64,000 bases of DNA from Histomonas meleagridis 2922-C6/04-290x. Taxonomy: Eukaryota > Protista > Parabasalia. Positions within the stretch are counted from its first letter, which is position 1, and each line of letters starts with the position of its first letter. A program made the position numbers and the translations under genes. The notes below the pieces were generated by a model, which worked only from the letters and a program-made list of their open reading frames with translations, made no database searches and was not told the DNA's origin. Below, in pieces: positions 10,439-22,910 of the stretch. The stretch covers positions 62,001 to 126,000 of the forward strand of contig JAANOX010000149.1 of NCBI GenBank assembly GCA_020184695.1, given 5' to 3'.

Positions 10439-10700
10439 ACAGCATCTTATATAGCAGTTAAAAATAATAATATAGAAATAGTAAAATTACTTTTAGACAA
10501 AGGAATTGATGTTAATACAATATATATTCACATGAATAATTTGGAATATGTTTTAATAATTTGAAATATGTTTTAATATTATGATACAGCAATTCAAATC
10601 GCACAACAAAAAGGTTATAACATAATATAAAATTTACTTCGTGAAAAAGGTGCAAAAGAAAATTCTAATTCAGAATCTTGCTACTTGGCTTTCGATAAGT
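10439..10700 (+). pseudogene. Two orphan ankyrin-repeat cassettes separated by a stop-containing spacer
   Basis: TASYIAVKNNNIEIVKLLLDKGIDVNT (10439) and TAIQIAQQKGYNII*NLLREKGAK (10586). Confidence 0.7.
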
Positions 10701-11581
10701 AATGAAATGTGTTTTACAGATGAACAAAACCAACCCGAATTACAAGTGTATAAAGAAGACAATAAAAAGGAAAATATCATAACATCAGCACACAAACTTA
10801 TGAAAATCATCAAATTCACAAAATACATTGTAATATTTTACTTTTAAAGAAACATACGTCATAAAGCGAAAGGGGTTTATTCTAATGCTGTTTTGCTACG
10901 AGGATGGGACTCAAAGATTTTTTAAAAATATATTTTCCATTTTGGAATTAAGGGCGACCGTTAACACATGAAATTTGGGATGATAATCTGACACATTGCG
11001 TACACTCACGACAACTAACTTAGTAAATTAAAATGACTTTTCACAGTTAGAACCGATCACTTCAAAGCTAACGCAAAATTGCGTTATGTTATTCATAAAA
11101 TTATCATATAATTTTGAAAGTTTCTTTTATTCATTTATTTATTAATCGCATAAGATTAGAAAACATTTCCGAAATTCTTCTGTTTGTAGATATATCAATA
11201 GAGATCATATCTTTTAATGATGAGTGAATAATTCCAGAAAATGTCAAAACCCCGCCATAATAACCGTAAAAGTGATGTTATATGGGGTGCCCCTATAACG
11301 TTTATTTTTTTGGTGGGGCTAAGGGAAAGATACATATAAATTTATACTATATGAGCATAAAGGAACACTTTGCATAACGATTTTCTCAATATGTGCGTTT
11401 AATAGTAAATTATTTTTTTTCTACATTTGTGTAAGCAGGTAAAAGTTTCTTATGATGTTTTACATCGCCCTGAAAAAATCAATCAAAAACAGGTAAGCTT
11501 TTTTTCAGAAGATAACTTTTGATAGCTTTATACCGCCACTTTGAATACATATTTTTCAAAGTTTTACTCTCACATCATACG

Positions 11582-12577
11582 ATGATTGCACCACAAAACG
11601 AGACATTTGAAACAATAAGCGATGCAATCATTTACGTATTCCGACACGAGCAAACCTCCCTCCTCAGTTTGGACAGAATTTGCGAAGTTTTAAATAATTC
11701 AAACTTATTCATTATTCTCAAAAAGCAACTTGTCCCTTGTTCCTCAATTGCTCGCCGTCGTGTTTCCAGTACACTCTCATCTTCAGATTTGTTTGTTAGA
11801 GCAGGTGCTCCACGTGCATGTTTATGGGCAATTCGGCCAAATAATCCATTATTTGTCAGTAATAATTCAATATCATCATCACTGGAGCAGATGCTAACAA
11901 CAAATGGGCCCATGACTCTTGCTCAATTTGTGGAAACGACTGAGCTTTCAGGGGCAAACTTACAATTATTCGAGAGATTTTTGACAGAACATACAGCAGA
12001 TTACACATGTGCTGAGGATGGGACTTATTGGTTTACAGGGCAGCCACGCCCGCCACGTAAGAATTTCGACAGCATTAGCCTTGCTCTTGTATTTGCATTT
12101 GAATCTTTTCCAAATGGTGCCTCAGTTGAAGAACTTCACTGGTATTTATGCTTATCCACAGTCTGCGAGACGAAGCGGATTACTCGCCGCTGCGTTTCTC
12201 GTGAGCTTTCACGTCGACAAGATTTATTTTCACATCTTTCACGAGCTCGCTATATACTTATTGCAAATGCAAACAGACAGCAACAAAACCCACAGCCTTT
12301 CGTACCAAGCAGTGTTAATGCTGTCCAAAACCCACAGATAGAGAAAGACAATTTCACATTTCTCATACAACTCCCACAACAAAACTCCCCTCAAAGCGCG
12401 CCGAACGAGTATTCGATCGATACGCTACAGTCAGACACAGATTTCACATCACTCCATCTTCAAAGCGGATTTCATGATTTTGATGATCATCAACTTAGAT
12501 TAGAACCCGCTTATGAGAACGATATTTTTGACCCAGTGAGCTTCTTTAGTAATGATTTCCATTTTTCCTTCGAGTGA
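11582..12577 (+). CDS. Hypothetical protein with two similar winged-helix-like modules and a low-complexity Q/P/S tail
   Basis: Open frame with an internal repeat (ETISDAIIYVF...RRRVSSTLS..DLFVR vs DSISLALVFAF...RRCVSRELS..DLFSH). First ATG at 11582. Confidence 0.6.
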   Translation: MIAPQNETFETISDAIIYVFRHEQTSLLSLDRICEVLNNSNLFIILKKQLVPCSSIARRRVSSTLSSSDLFVRAGAPRACLWAIRPNNPLFVSNNSISSSLEQMLTTNGPMTLAQFVETTELSGANLQLFERFLTEHTADYTCAEDGTYWFTGQPRPPRKNFDSISLALVFAFESFPNGASVEELHWYLCLSTVCETKRITRRCVSRELSRRQDLFSHLSRARYILIANANRQQQNPQPFVPSSVNAVQNPQIEKDNFTFLIQLPQQNSPQSAPNEYSIDTLQSDTDFTSLHLQSGFHDFDDHQLRLEPAYENDIFDPVSFFSNDFHFSFE

Positions 12578-12769
12578 TCGGATAAAAATAAACCTCTATT
12601 TCTAGATTTTGTCTGTGAAAATTTTCAATGAGTCAAAATTGTTTACGCAATTCAATATTCAGAAGCCCGAAAAATAACCCATTCAAAAAGCTGAAAATTC
12701 GAATCGTTTTACTCACAAAAAGTTTCTTCGTTTGGCAAAACGTTCCTATGAAAGCAACCGATAGAACTA

Positions 12770-14531
12770 CAGTTAGGGATTTAAACGTGTCCCAGGAATC
12801 AAAGTGGTCCCATACGTTAAAATACGTTTATAAATAATTATTAATAAAACCTCATTTTTCTCAATGTCAACATTAGCACCAGCAATGCCACTAGATTAAA
12901 TTAAACAAAAATTAGATAGTATTGGTATAACTCAAAGATTTACTCGATCATTATTTAGGAATTAAGACTTTATGAACTTAGAATATTAAAATCATCAGCT
13001 TTGTTTTCTTTACAAATATGCATCTGAATTAGATGATGTTACTTTCACTTTTAATCAACTAGCATTCGTCTATAATATGTGCCGTAAAACTGTATCTAGA
13101 AGTATCTCAAACGGCCCACAAGATTCAAAACCTTTAGGTCGACATAGAGCATTAGATGAAGATAAAGAAGAAATAATTGTTCAAGCAATTATTGATTCAT
13201 CATCTAATGAAGGTCATGCAATGACCCAAAGGCAGTTATTATCTTTTATCAATGAAAAATTTGATTTATCTTTAACAAAAGGATGGATAAATCAATTTTA
13301 TCTTAGAAATATAGATAAAATTAAAAAATGTAGATCACTTCCTCAAGAAGACACATAAATGACAGTTCCTAGAGGACATTTAAGAGATTACTTCCAAAAC
13401 ATGCATAAACATGTGAATGGAAGGTTAACAGAATTAGTTTTTAATTCAGATGAAGTAGGAACTTCATCTTGGGAAGATCGAAAACCGAAGAAAGTTTTTG
13501 TTGATGCTAAAATTAACTCAAACAATGTTCATCATTCTTCAACAAGAAAAGTAACGCATATGACACTCCTTACATGTGTTTAAGCAGCAGGTGATGCTCT
13601 TACTCTAATGTTAATAACCAAACACTTATATAGTGATTATTTATGAAAAAACTATTTACGACAAGATGAATATGTAATGATTCGTATTCGAAATCCACCT
13701 TACGTTAATTCTGTGTTATTTAATAAATATATTAATGATGTATTGATTCCATATGTCAAAAGTGTAAGAGAAATATATGAAGTTGAGAAGTATAAAGCAA
13801 TTTTATTATATGGATTCATTTGGTGCGCATTGTAACGTTGACATTCTAGAAGTTTTGAGAGAAAATAAATTAATTGTTTTATGTTTTACTTCCCATACCA
13901 CAAACATTTTCCAAGCCCTTGATTTGTCTTTATTTGGCGTTTTTAAAAAAATCAAAAATACTGTTGAAGATGGAGAAAGCCAAAAAATGGTAGAAAATGC
14001 AATTATTGTCATATTAAAGGCATACGAGCAGACCACAACATCATTTAACATTCGTGGGGCTTTCAGAAGGACAGAAATAAGTACTAAAACTGTTGCTGGT
14101 AAGAGAGTTGTCGAATTTGTTGCCAAAGAGCTGGTTTCAAATCCGGGATTTAATGAACTTTGGAATTTTAATATAAAAATCGATGAAGTCAAAAAGAAAA
14201 AACAACAAAAATTCGGCATCGTGAATTCTGAATACCTTCCACCTGGTTGTACTTTAATTAGCAACGAAACTCCAAAATATGAAGATGAAGATGAAATAAA
14301 TCAACTTTTGCAATAAAAATTAAATTGCACTTTTTTACTTTTCTATATGAGATATCATAGTTCAAATGAATATTTATACTTCAAAGAATAATTTAAATTA
14401 TTTTTATAAATATAAATAATTAAAACCAATAAATAAATGAGATATTTATCTTTGTTTCTAAAATTTCTGACATCTAAGTGTAAACGTATGGGACAACTTT
14501 AATTCATGGGACACGTTTAAATCCCTAACTG
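12770..14531 (+). mobile_element. Decayed pogo/Tc1-mariner-superfamily DNA transposon (49-bp TIRs, TA target duplication)
   Basis: TA|CAGTTAGGGATTTAAACGTGTCCC... at 12770-12818; inverted copy at 14483-14531|TA with 3 mismatches. Broken CENP-B-HTH + DDE_1 transposase at 13077-14316 (FNSDEVG, MDSFGAH, FQALDLSLF). Confidence 0.85.
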
Positions 14532-15204
14532 TACATGTTGAATATTCAAAAATTGACGTGAATTTATTGTCTATCCAAAATATATAATGGTTTTAACATG
14601 GAATCAAAAACTTCATGAAGAAGTGTATAATACAATGATTTCCATAAATAAAATTCATTCTAATTAAATTTAAAGATCAATTTCAATTTCATTATTATTC
14701 ATCAACATCATTATTTTGCATATATTCTAACTAGTTATTCGATTCGAAAATAAATACTATAAAAAAATTCATTTTTTATTCAAATTGATCAAGATATTAT
14801 GATTTTTATTATGAATTAAAAAAGGTAAATCAAAGATCAAAGTCTTCAAGCCTCTAAATATCTTCCTAAAGCTTTCAAAATTTTTGCATGTTTTAAGCTT
14901 GAATTAAACGATATTTCATCTAGGAATGAAAAAAAAATCAATATTGAGATGTTGCATTTAAATACCTAATTACACATTTCGGTAGTCATAAGTATCATTC
15001 ATATGATTATCAGGAACAAAATGAATTTATTTGTTATCTAATTTCACTATTTTCAAAGTTTAAGTTTTACTTACTTTATTACAGCGCATTTAAGATAAAA
15101 AAGCAAAAAAAAACAAATTCTTTTTTATTGGAACATGTCCACAAAAATAGTACACAAAAAAAACAATAATAAATTTCAATTGCAAACGAAACATCCTTTG
15201 CCTC

Positions 15205-15774
15205 CTAAGTGGTGTGCAACTTTGTTTTCGATATAGTTTTCGTTGCCCACTTTGAGTCAAAGAAATTCTTTTCGATTTCAAGAAGAACTTTGGTGAAATT
15301 CTCAATTGTTTGTGGATCTGTTTCGCAAAGTGGGATGATGTCGATCGGAAATGACATGTAACTCTTAAATTCTTCAATCTGTTCAATTTTTGTGTATAGA
15401 ACAACTATCTGAAATTTGGACTTGCGAGCTGCATTCCTTAAAAACCAATAAAGGGTCTTCACAGTAAGCAAAAGAGTACTGTGACTTCTTGCATCGGCTA
15501 GATAAATAAATGTGGCAGTATCTTTTTTGCTTGTGATTTCTTTAGTCCAATAGCGACGAGAGCTTCGTTGATTCGCAGCATCAACAAAGCGTACGTTGAT
15601 TGCTCCTTCATCTGTTTCTTCATCTTTTGGATTTAATTCATTTGCAATGCAACGAATCATGGCTTCTTTGACGGAACCTGGTAAATAGAATAGCAATATG
15701 GGTGCCTTAGGTTTAATTGTACGATGGGGCTTTGCGGCTTGTACCGGTGTTTCTTGTGAGTGTGCACAGCCCAT
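15205..15774 (-). CDS. Predicted N-myristoylated, degenerate Arf/G-alpha-like GTPase-fold protein
   Basis: MGCAHS start. ILLFYLPGSVKEAM sits where a P-loop would be, RFVDAANQRSSRRYW resembles WDVGGQRS.R..W, and TFIYLAD follows. Confidence 0.5.
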   Translation of the reverse strand: MGCAHSQETPVQAAKPHRTIKPKAPILLFYLPGSVKEAMIRCIANELNPKDEETDEGAINVRFVDAANQRSSRRYWTKEITSKKDTATFIYLADARSHSTLLLTVKTLYWFLRNAARKSKFQIVVLYTKIEQIEEFKSYMSFPIDIIPLCETDPQTIENFTKVLLEIEKNFFDSKWATKTISKTKLHTT

Positions 15775-17451
15775 ATTGGCGTATAAACGTTATTTGTGGA
15801 AGGTTTTTATTGAAAAAATTGAGTCGATTTTATATTTGTTTTTCTATACTTTATTACAATTGAATGGGTTTAAATGCTTGCAATGAAAAAAAATATTGCA
15901 ATGATTTTGAACTATTCAAGATATTTAACAAAATATTTTTATTAATACAATAGCATACTATATTAAAGTCAAATGTTTTATATATTATTTCTCCAAATAG
16001 AAATGATCAATATAAAAAGAGTATTTCTAATGTCTCAGTGTGGGGTAATTGTATTCAAACTTTGCGAATATTAAAGAAATGTCTCTATCTTCATACTCTA
16101 ATATACATCATGGGGTTCTGAAAAAATAGTAGTAAAAGTATCTTTCAATCTTATAAATTGCATTGCATATTATGTAGCTGCTTTCTTCCTGTGTTTGATA
16201 ATATTTGTTATATTCGAAAAATTTGGATCTGTTTTAATATATTTCCATTTTGTAACTTCGCAATGGCAAAATTCGTTCACATATTATGCAACGTTCTCAC
16301 AGTCGTTATACACCAGAAAGTTGAATATGGAAAAAAAAATTTTAAATAGTTTATTTGAAGTTTGAATAGCTTTAAATCGGTTTATTTGACTTTCTTTCTT
16401 CTTTCATGGTAATCACTAAGTAAAGGATTTTTTGTAAGATACTGCATGACAAGATTTATCTTTTTACTCAATGGATGTAATGAATATTTGGTAGTTAATT
16501 GGACGAAACCATCAAGATTTTAAAACATTTTTTAATATCAACTCTAAATTCCTCAATAGCTTTTCATTGAAAATCAAAACGTATGGGCAACTTTGGGTGT
16601 TGAGTTTAATTATAAATTTTTAGGCAATTTCGACTACTGAATTTTGAGATCTCGATCAATTTTTCTCTTTTTTCTAAAATTTTCGAAAATCCTTTCGAAC
16701 AATAAAACCCTTCAAGGTCTCCAATGTAAATATCAAAAATTTTTTCTTGGTTTTTATTCAATATTTGGAGAAAAAGTGAAAATATGTGAAAAAATCAAAC
16801 ATTTCAATGTTAATTCAAACGAATCTTTATATATCGAATGGCGATGTGATTTTATTTTTTATATATTAATATAAGTGATATTTTTTTCATAAATACATAT
16901 GTTTTAGCATAATTTAAATTGTTAAGAATGAGAAATTTTTGTTTCAAAATAAGGTGAAGTGACAAATTAAGGTGTGATTTTTTCTAATTTTTTGATTTTT
17001 TTTATGCAATGTAAAAATTATTATGAATTGCGTTGCATGATTTTAATCTATCTTGCTATTACTTTAAAATGCCTAGTTATTTTTGTTAAACTCTTTATCG
17101 ATTTTTCATTATTTCATAAATTCTTCGATAAATACTTTTTAAATCTATTTACATTAATATATGCAAGTATTTCATTTTAAATTTTATGTATTATTAAAAT
17201 ATATTGGCATAATCCAAAGATATTATCATTTTTAATTTTGTTATATTGCCCACCCCCTGCTTCTTATTATTCGCAGCGATTCCAAATAAGAAATTTTAAG
17301 AATGATCATATCTAAAAATATACGTTGTTTTTTCATGAATTTTTGCAGTGAATTTTTTTTTTCATTCTTTGTGCATTTATTGGAAACTTTTTAACCGCAT
17401 TATTACTCACAAAACTTTGTCTACGACCGTTTATTTAAGAATTGACGTCCG

Positions 17452-19284
17452 ATGTCAGCTCCAACTCACACAACTTCAAACTCTCTTGATACAACAACAC
17501 TACAATCAAAATCCTTAACACCCCATGCCAAAGCCTTTTTGGATACTCAAGAAAAGCCAACTCAACCACAAATCCAACGTCCATGTCTTCCTATTTCCCC
17601 TGAGTATGACATGGTTCGCGAAAATTATTTCAGCAAAGTTGACGTTGATCGCTCTCAATGGATGGCACAACTTCTCCAATTAAATCCAGAAATCAAACAA
17701 TTTAGAGAAAGAGTTTTACCGTTAGAACGTGCCGTTGAATTCGGACGTCTGTATCTTCCAGATGATCGTCTTGTTAATCATAATGTTGTTCTTTCGTTAA
17801 TATCTCAACATTTACGTACACTCGGACTTGTTGAATCACAATCCTCTCTTCATTCAGAATGGGATTGTCCTTTAAATATACCCACATCTCTTGATCACTC
17901 TCAAATTGTCCTTCTTATACAACGTGGAATACAACATGCAGAACGATTCTGGGAATTAACAATGGACGGAACAGCTCCAAATGATCCTGATCGTAAGCAG
18001 CTTCTTGAAGAGATTTCTCGTGTTATTGGTGGTGCGCCAGTAATTCAAGATAACGGAAAGGATTTGAAATCAGAAACACCAAACGACCCACAGTTCATTA
18101 CTGTTGTTGATGGAGTTCTAAAGTCGGCAACTCTCAATCAATTAATTTGGATATGTACAACAAACAGTCAATACAAAACGCCAGACCTTATTTCAGCAGT
18201 ATGTCTCACATATTCATCATTCACCAAAGCAGGAATTCTCTTTTCTAAGCTTTGTGAAAGATTCAAAATCGCATTTGCAGAACCAAATTGGGATGATCAA
18301 AGACGTTCAGTCGAACTTACGTTTGATTTCTTACATCGTTGGTTACGCGAAAGTGGTCGTGAAATGGAAGATTCCGTATTATCAGCAATTCGCACATTTG
18401 TTGACAAAGAAATTCGACCACGGTTCCCCAACCTATGCGAACGATTACGCGACTTAGATCAACCTCGAAGCCCAGATGATTATATTGATGAATCACGTGC
18501 TCCGAAAGTTGAACTTGGAGTTCGTCACACCCTTTGGACTGAAGAATTCACGCTCACATCATTACCACCCGTCGAACTTGCTCGGCAGCTCACAATGTGG
18601 ACGTCGCGCCCATTCTACAGCATCAAAAGGAGTGAGTTCCTCGACGGTTCTTGGGATGACCCACGCCGACAGCACCGATCACCCAATATTGTGAAGATTA
18701 CCAAAAAGTACGATGTAGCGGTTAGTTGGTTTACCATCAACGTCTTGAAACCTCCACAAGGTTTTGATCGAGTTGGAATTATATCATACTTTATTAAGGT
18801 AGCTAAGAAGCTTTATAAGATGCATAACTATCTTTGTTGTATGTGGGTTCTTTCAGCATTTAACAATCCGCCATTATTCCGTCTGAAGAAAACAATGGCG
18901 GTTGTTGACAAGAAGAAAGTTCAATGGCTCAATGATGCTGTTAAAAAGTTGTTGAACTTTAGTGATAACTTTAAGGTACCTATCGATATATCGAACAATG
19001 CACTCGCAAAGAATCCAAAATCGCCTGTTTTGCCTGCACTAACATGTATCTTGTCACAACTTGCGACATATACAGCAGGTGTTTCGGCGATGTCAAATAA
19101 TCAGCAGATTAATGTTCGAAGAGCACTTGAAATTTTCACCTACATCCAGAGTATTGAGAAGTTCCAGAAGGAGAGATACTGCTTCTTGCCAATAGATCAG
19201 GCTCAGGACTTGATTGAAGGACTTGTCAAAATTGATAGCGATGAGCTGGATGCATTATCAAGAGAAGTTGAGCCGCCAAATTAA
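17452..19284 (+). CDS. RasGEF domain protein (LisH-like + REM + CDC25 domains)
   Basis: LKSATLNQLI..., LTYSSFTK, PVELARQLTMW, IISYFIKVAKKLYKMHNY, PLFRLKKT, PVLPAL. Confidence 0.85.
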   Translation: MSAPTHTTSNSLDTTTLQSKSLTPHAKAFLDTQEKPTQPQIQRPCLPISPEYDMVRENYFSKVDVDRSQWMAQLLQLNPEIKQFRERVLPLERAVEFGRLYLPDDRLVNHNVVLSLISQHLRTLGLVESQSSLHSEWDCPLNIPTSLDHSQIVLLIQRGIQHAERFWELTMDGTAPNDPDRKQLLEEISRVIGGAPVIQDNGKDLKSETPNDPQFITVVDGVLKSATLNQLIWICTTNSQYKTPDLISAVCLTYSSFTKAGILFSKLCERFKIAFAEPNWDDQRRSVELTFDFLHRWLRESGREMEDSVLSAIRTFVDKEIRPRFPNLCERLRDLDQPRSPDDYIDESRAPKVELGVRHTLWTEEFTLTSLPPVELARQLTMWTSRPFYSIKRSEFLDGSWDDPRRQHRSPNIVKITKKYDVAVSWFTINVLKPPQGFDRVGIISYFIKVAKKLYKMHNYLCCMWVLSAFNNPPLFRLKKTMAVVDKKKVQWLNDAVKKLLNFSDNFKVPIDISNNALAKNPKSPVLPALTCILSQLATYTAGVSAMSNNQQINVRRALEIFTYIQSIEKFQKERYCFLPIDQAQDLIEGLVKIDSDELDALSREVEPPN

Positions 19285-20072
19285 GGATTAATATGCGGTC
19301 GGTGTAGTTTTGGTAAATTTGGATATTTTAAATTATATTTTTTTTCATATTTATTGTGAAAAGATGTAAAAATTCATCAAAATGAATAAACGCTCGAGGA
19401 GCTTAATGAGTTTAAATGAAGTTACGTTGAGCATTGTTTTATTTTGTGTTTGTTTGGTCTTGTCTTCTTCCGGAAATATTTGCCGAAGGTCAAAATTAGA
19501 TGGCATTTATTTCCTGACGGCCACTCTCTGGCAGAAGATTCTTCTAGAAAATAATAAAAAAAAGAAAATATTTCTTAAAGATGGATTCAAATCAAAAAAT
19601 TTATTTGACAAATGTGTTCATTTTCAATGATGTTGTTAAAAATTAGTTCAGAAAAAATGAATATTACAACACTTGCTATTGAGAAAATTTAAACTTCATG
19701 AAGTTATGAGTGAAAAAACACAAACAATTCTAAAAACAAAAAATTAGTAATTGAACAAAAATCAGATAATGTGAAAAAAATATCAGTTACATCATCAAAT
19801 ACATATGATGAATGTACATGCACAAATTGATTAAAATGGAAAAACTCATTTATATTGAAAATTATTGCCAATTCTATCATTGTTAATTCACGTATGGTAC
19901 CTTTGTTTAGTATAGCTCAAAAAATATGAAAATCATGGTAATTTAAGCATTAATTGCACAAATTTGTATCGAGAGTCTTCTCCACTATTGCGCCCAATCA
20001 ACTTTAATTAATTTATAAAAAACTTATTTTATCATTATAATATCATAGGAAAATTTATTCATTTTGCTATTT

Positions 20073-22736
20073 AAAATCATTACTTAAAACATATTTTCTT
20101 TATTTATTAACACCGACAAGTGAGTTTTCTTTATCTTCTTCAAAGATTTCAAGTGCTTTTTCAATCGTATTGATAACGTCATTCATCGCCATATGTTCAT
20201 AATCCATTTCGATAACTTTCGTAAGGAATTTCACATAAGGTTCATTTTGATCAATAACAATTTTCGTTGGGACTTCTCCTGTTTCATTATCTGCGATTTC
20301 TAATTCAATCGCTTTTTTTTTTTCGCTCGTTTGATAACTGAAGCTGGAAATCCTGCATGTTCTGCTGCTTCGATACCAAATGACTTAGAGAATGGGCCTG
20401 GGCGTAATTGGTATAACATTACAATACCATTGTTATTAGTCGCATCCATATGACAATTAAATACATTCGGAAGTTCATTCGATAAATTACATAATTCATG
20501 AAAATGTGTCGCAAATAATGTAAATGATCCGATGTCTCGCGCTATTCGTTTAGAAATAGACCACGCAAGGCCAAAACCATCGCTGCTGCTCGTGCTACGC
20601 CCAAGTTCATCAACAAGAATTAATGACGTAGGCTTAGCATTCTGTAAAATAGATGACATTTCTGTCATCTCAACTGCAAATGTAGACATATGAACCGAAT
20701 CCCATGCTCCAACACGCGCATGAATAGATGTAATAATAGGGATGATGGCTTTGTGACATGGAACAAATGATCCAATATGTGATAAAAAAATATACAAATT
20801 CCAACTGTTTTCATTAACGTAGATTTCCCTGCTGAGTTTGGTCCACTAATAATTAAAAATGATGAATTTCCTCGTTCCATTCGAATAGTATTAGGAATAA
20901 AGATTAAAACAATGTTTCTCAATAAGAGGATGACGCGCTTCTTCTAATGAAATAAGATTAGACGTTTTATCAAATTCAGGACAAACATAATTATTAGAAA
21001 TAGATACTTTCGATAATGATATAAAAACATCAATCGTCGAAAAGATATCATTTAATATTTGAAATATCGGGGAAAATTCTTTTTAATGTGCAAATTAATT
21101 CTTCAATAATTTCTTTTTGTTTGTTATCATATTCATTCTCATATTCAAAATATTCTTCAATAATTCGCTTAAGTTGATATGACGTAAAACGAACACCATC
21201 TTTCCGCGTTTCTAAAATCTCAAAATCTTCATGATTACGAATGTTTCGTTCTAAATTACGTGAAATTCGAAAATAAAATGTTTTCATATTATTACTTCGT
21301 TCAAGTTTAACTTTATCTTCTTCAATATTAATTTCATCGGATACATTTCGTCGAAGTTCTTCCATTTCATTTTGTTTATCTTCCATTAATTGTGACGTGT
21401 TACCTAACGTTTCATCAAAATTAGGTTTAATCCGATAAATATGTTGTGGAATCTTATCAAAATCAATCGTTTCTTCAATAAGTCGTTGAACTTTATTAAG
21501 TTCTTCTTCAATATTTTTATATATTCATTAACAAAATTTTCAATCATTTCATTATCATTCGTTGTTTCTTCAAATATTTTCAAATCTTTAGATACAAGAA
21601 CAATATCATATAAACGAACACAATCTTGTAATGTACTTTTGTTCTTTACAAATTTACGAATTAATCGTGAAATATCTGGAAGTTGTTTCATATGATTACT
21701 AATTTTAAGACTAACTTCTTGATGATTATTAAAATATTCGATAATTCGTTGTCGTTTCTCAATTTCTGTGATGTTTAATAATGGCTGTTGTAAATATTGA
21801 TGAAGTAAACGCGAACCCATCGGCGTAACACACTCATTAAGTAATTGGTAAAGTGACGTAGGCAAACTATTCTTTTTATATGAATTATTCTCTGGAAAAA
21901 TATTTAACGCATTAGTTGACGAATAATCTAATGTTAAAAATTCATCTAATGAAAACGTTTGATGAACAAATTCATTTAAATTAATATGTAAATTATTAAC
22001 TAACGCTTTCATACTTTTACTATTCGGAAATTTATCAATTTCAACATTTTTAACACTTGAAACTTCTTTATATGGAATTTCAAACTTTTTCACTAATAAC
22101 TTTCATATTAATTAATATTTCAGGTGGAATAGAATAAAATAAAATTTCACTCGGCATCGTTTGTGTAATTAAACTTTCAAAATGGTTTAAACTTGAATTA
22201 TCATAAAATTCAGTGGTTGAAATTGTAAATAATGTAGGATCACAACATGATGCATCAAATAAATATTCTTCATTCCCGGAAAAATTACGAGAATTGATAA
22301 CAAAAGTGAAGTGGTGGAAAGATCTAAATCACTATTCATCAAATCAATAACTTGCGAAATATCACCTGGTGACGCTTCAACGACTTTATTCCATTCATTA
22401 CTTTCAAACTCGTACAACTCAACTGACGTTCGGTTGTAAAGTAAAAGATCTCGTAATAATGAAACATATAACGTTTCTGAAATACTAATATAATGTCCTG
22501 TTTTATTTTGTGTTTCTTTAAGTGAACCAATCGACCTTAAATACTTTTGTGCGATAACTTCTGCGTCTTCTTCAATCGCGTAATAACTACCTCCTTTCTT
22601 ATAAAAACGAATAGTTCGAGGTTGTTCCTTTGGAAGTTTTTTTAATTCTTGAATATCAATCATTTTTTATATATAAAAGTTTTCTTTATTAAGAAGGGAA
22701 TTAACGTCGCGGGCTTATATTATAAACGTACACCAA
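20073..22736. repeat. ~2.66-kb near-identical inverted repeat, left arm (partner 26897-29554)
   Basis: The reverse complement matches 26897-29554 almost base for base, apart from small indels. Confidence 0.95.
20100..22663 (-). pseudogene. MSH2: MSH2 mismatch-repair ATPase, copy A (several homopolymer-type frameshifts; probably consensus errors)
   Basis: TIRFYKKGGSYY, CVTPMGSRLL, ISGPNSAGKST, DELGRSTS, FATHFHEL and SFGIEAAEHAGFP are spread over several frames. Confidence 0.85.
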
Positions 22737-22910
22737 AAGTGCATTTATAAACGCGCATTTTAACCGGGACACTAAATTTTGCCATTTCGGTTTTATTCTG
22801 ACGTCCATCATCGTTTCTGATTCCAAACAACATGAGCTCAAACCAAACCGTAACTTTTTCAAAAAAGATTTTTCCGATCCGGAATTAGCATTCCTTCATA
22901 CATTTACTTG

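Noticed and set aside
16100-16480. Decayed coding-like sequence on the minus strand (possible ankyrin/DUF3447 relic)
   Set aside because: Fragments are too short and broken to assign.
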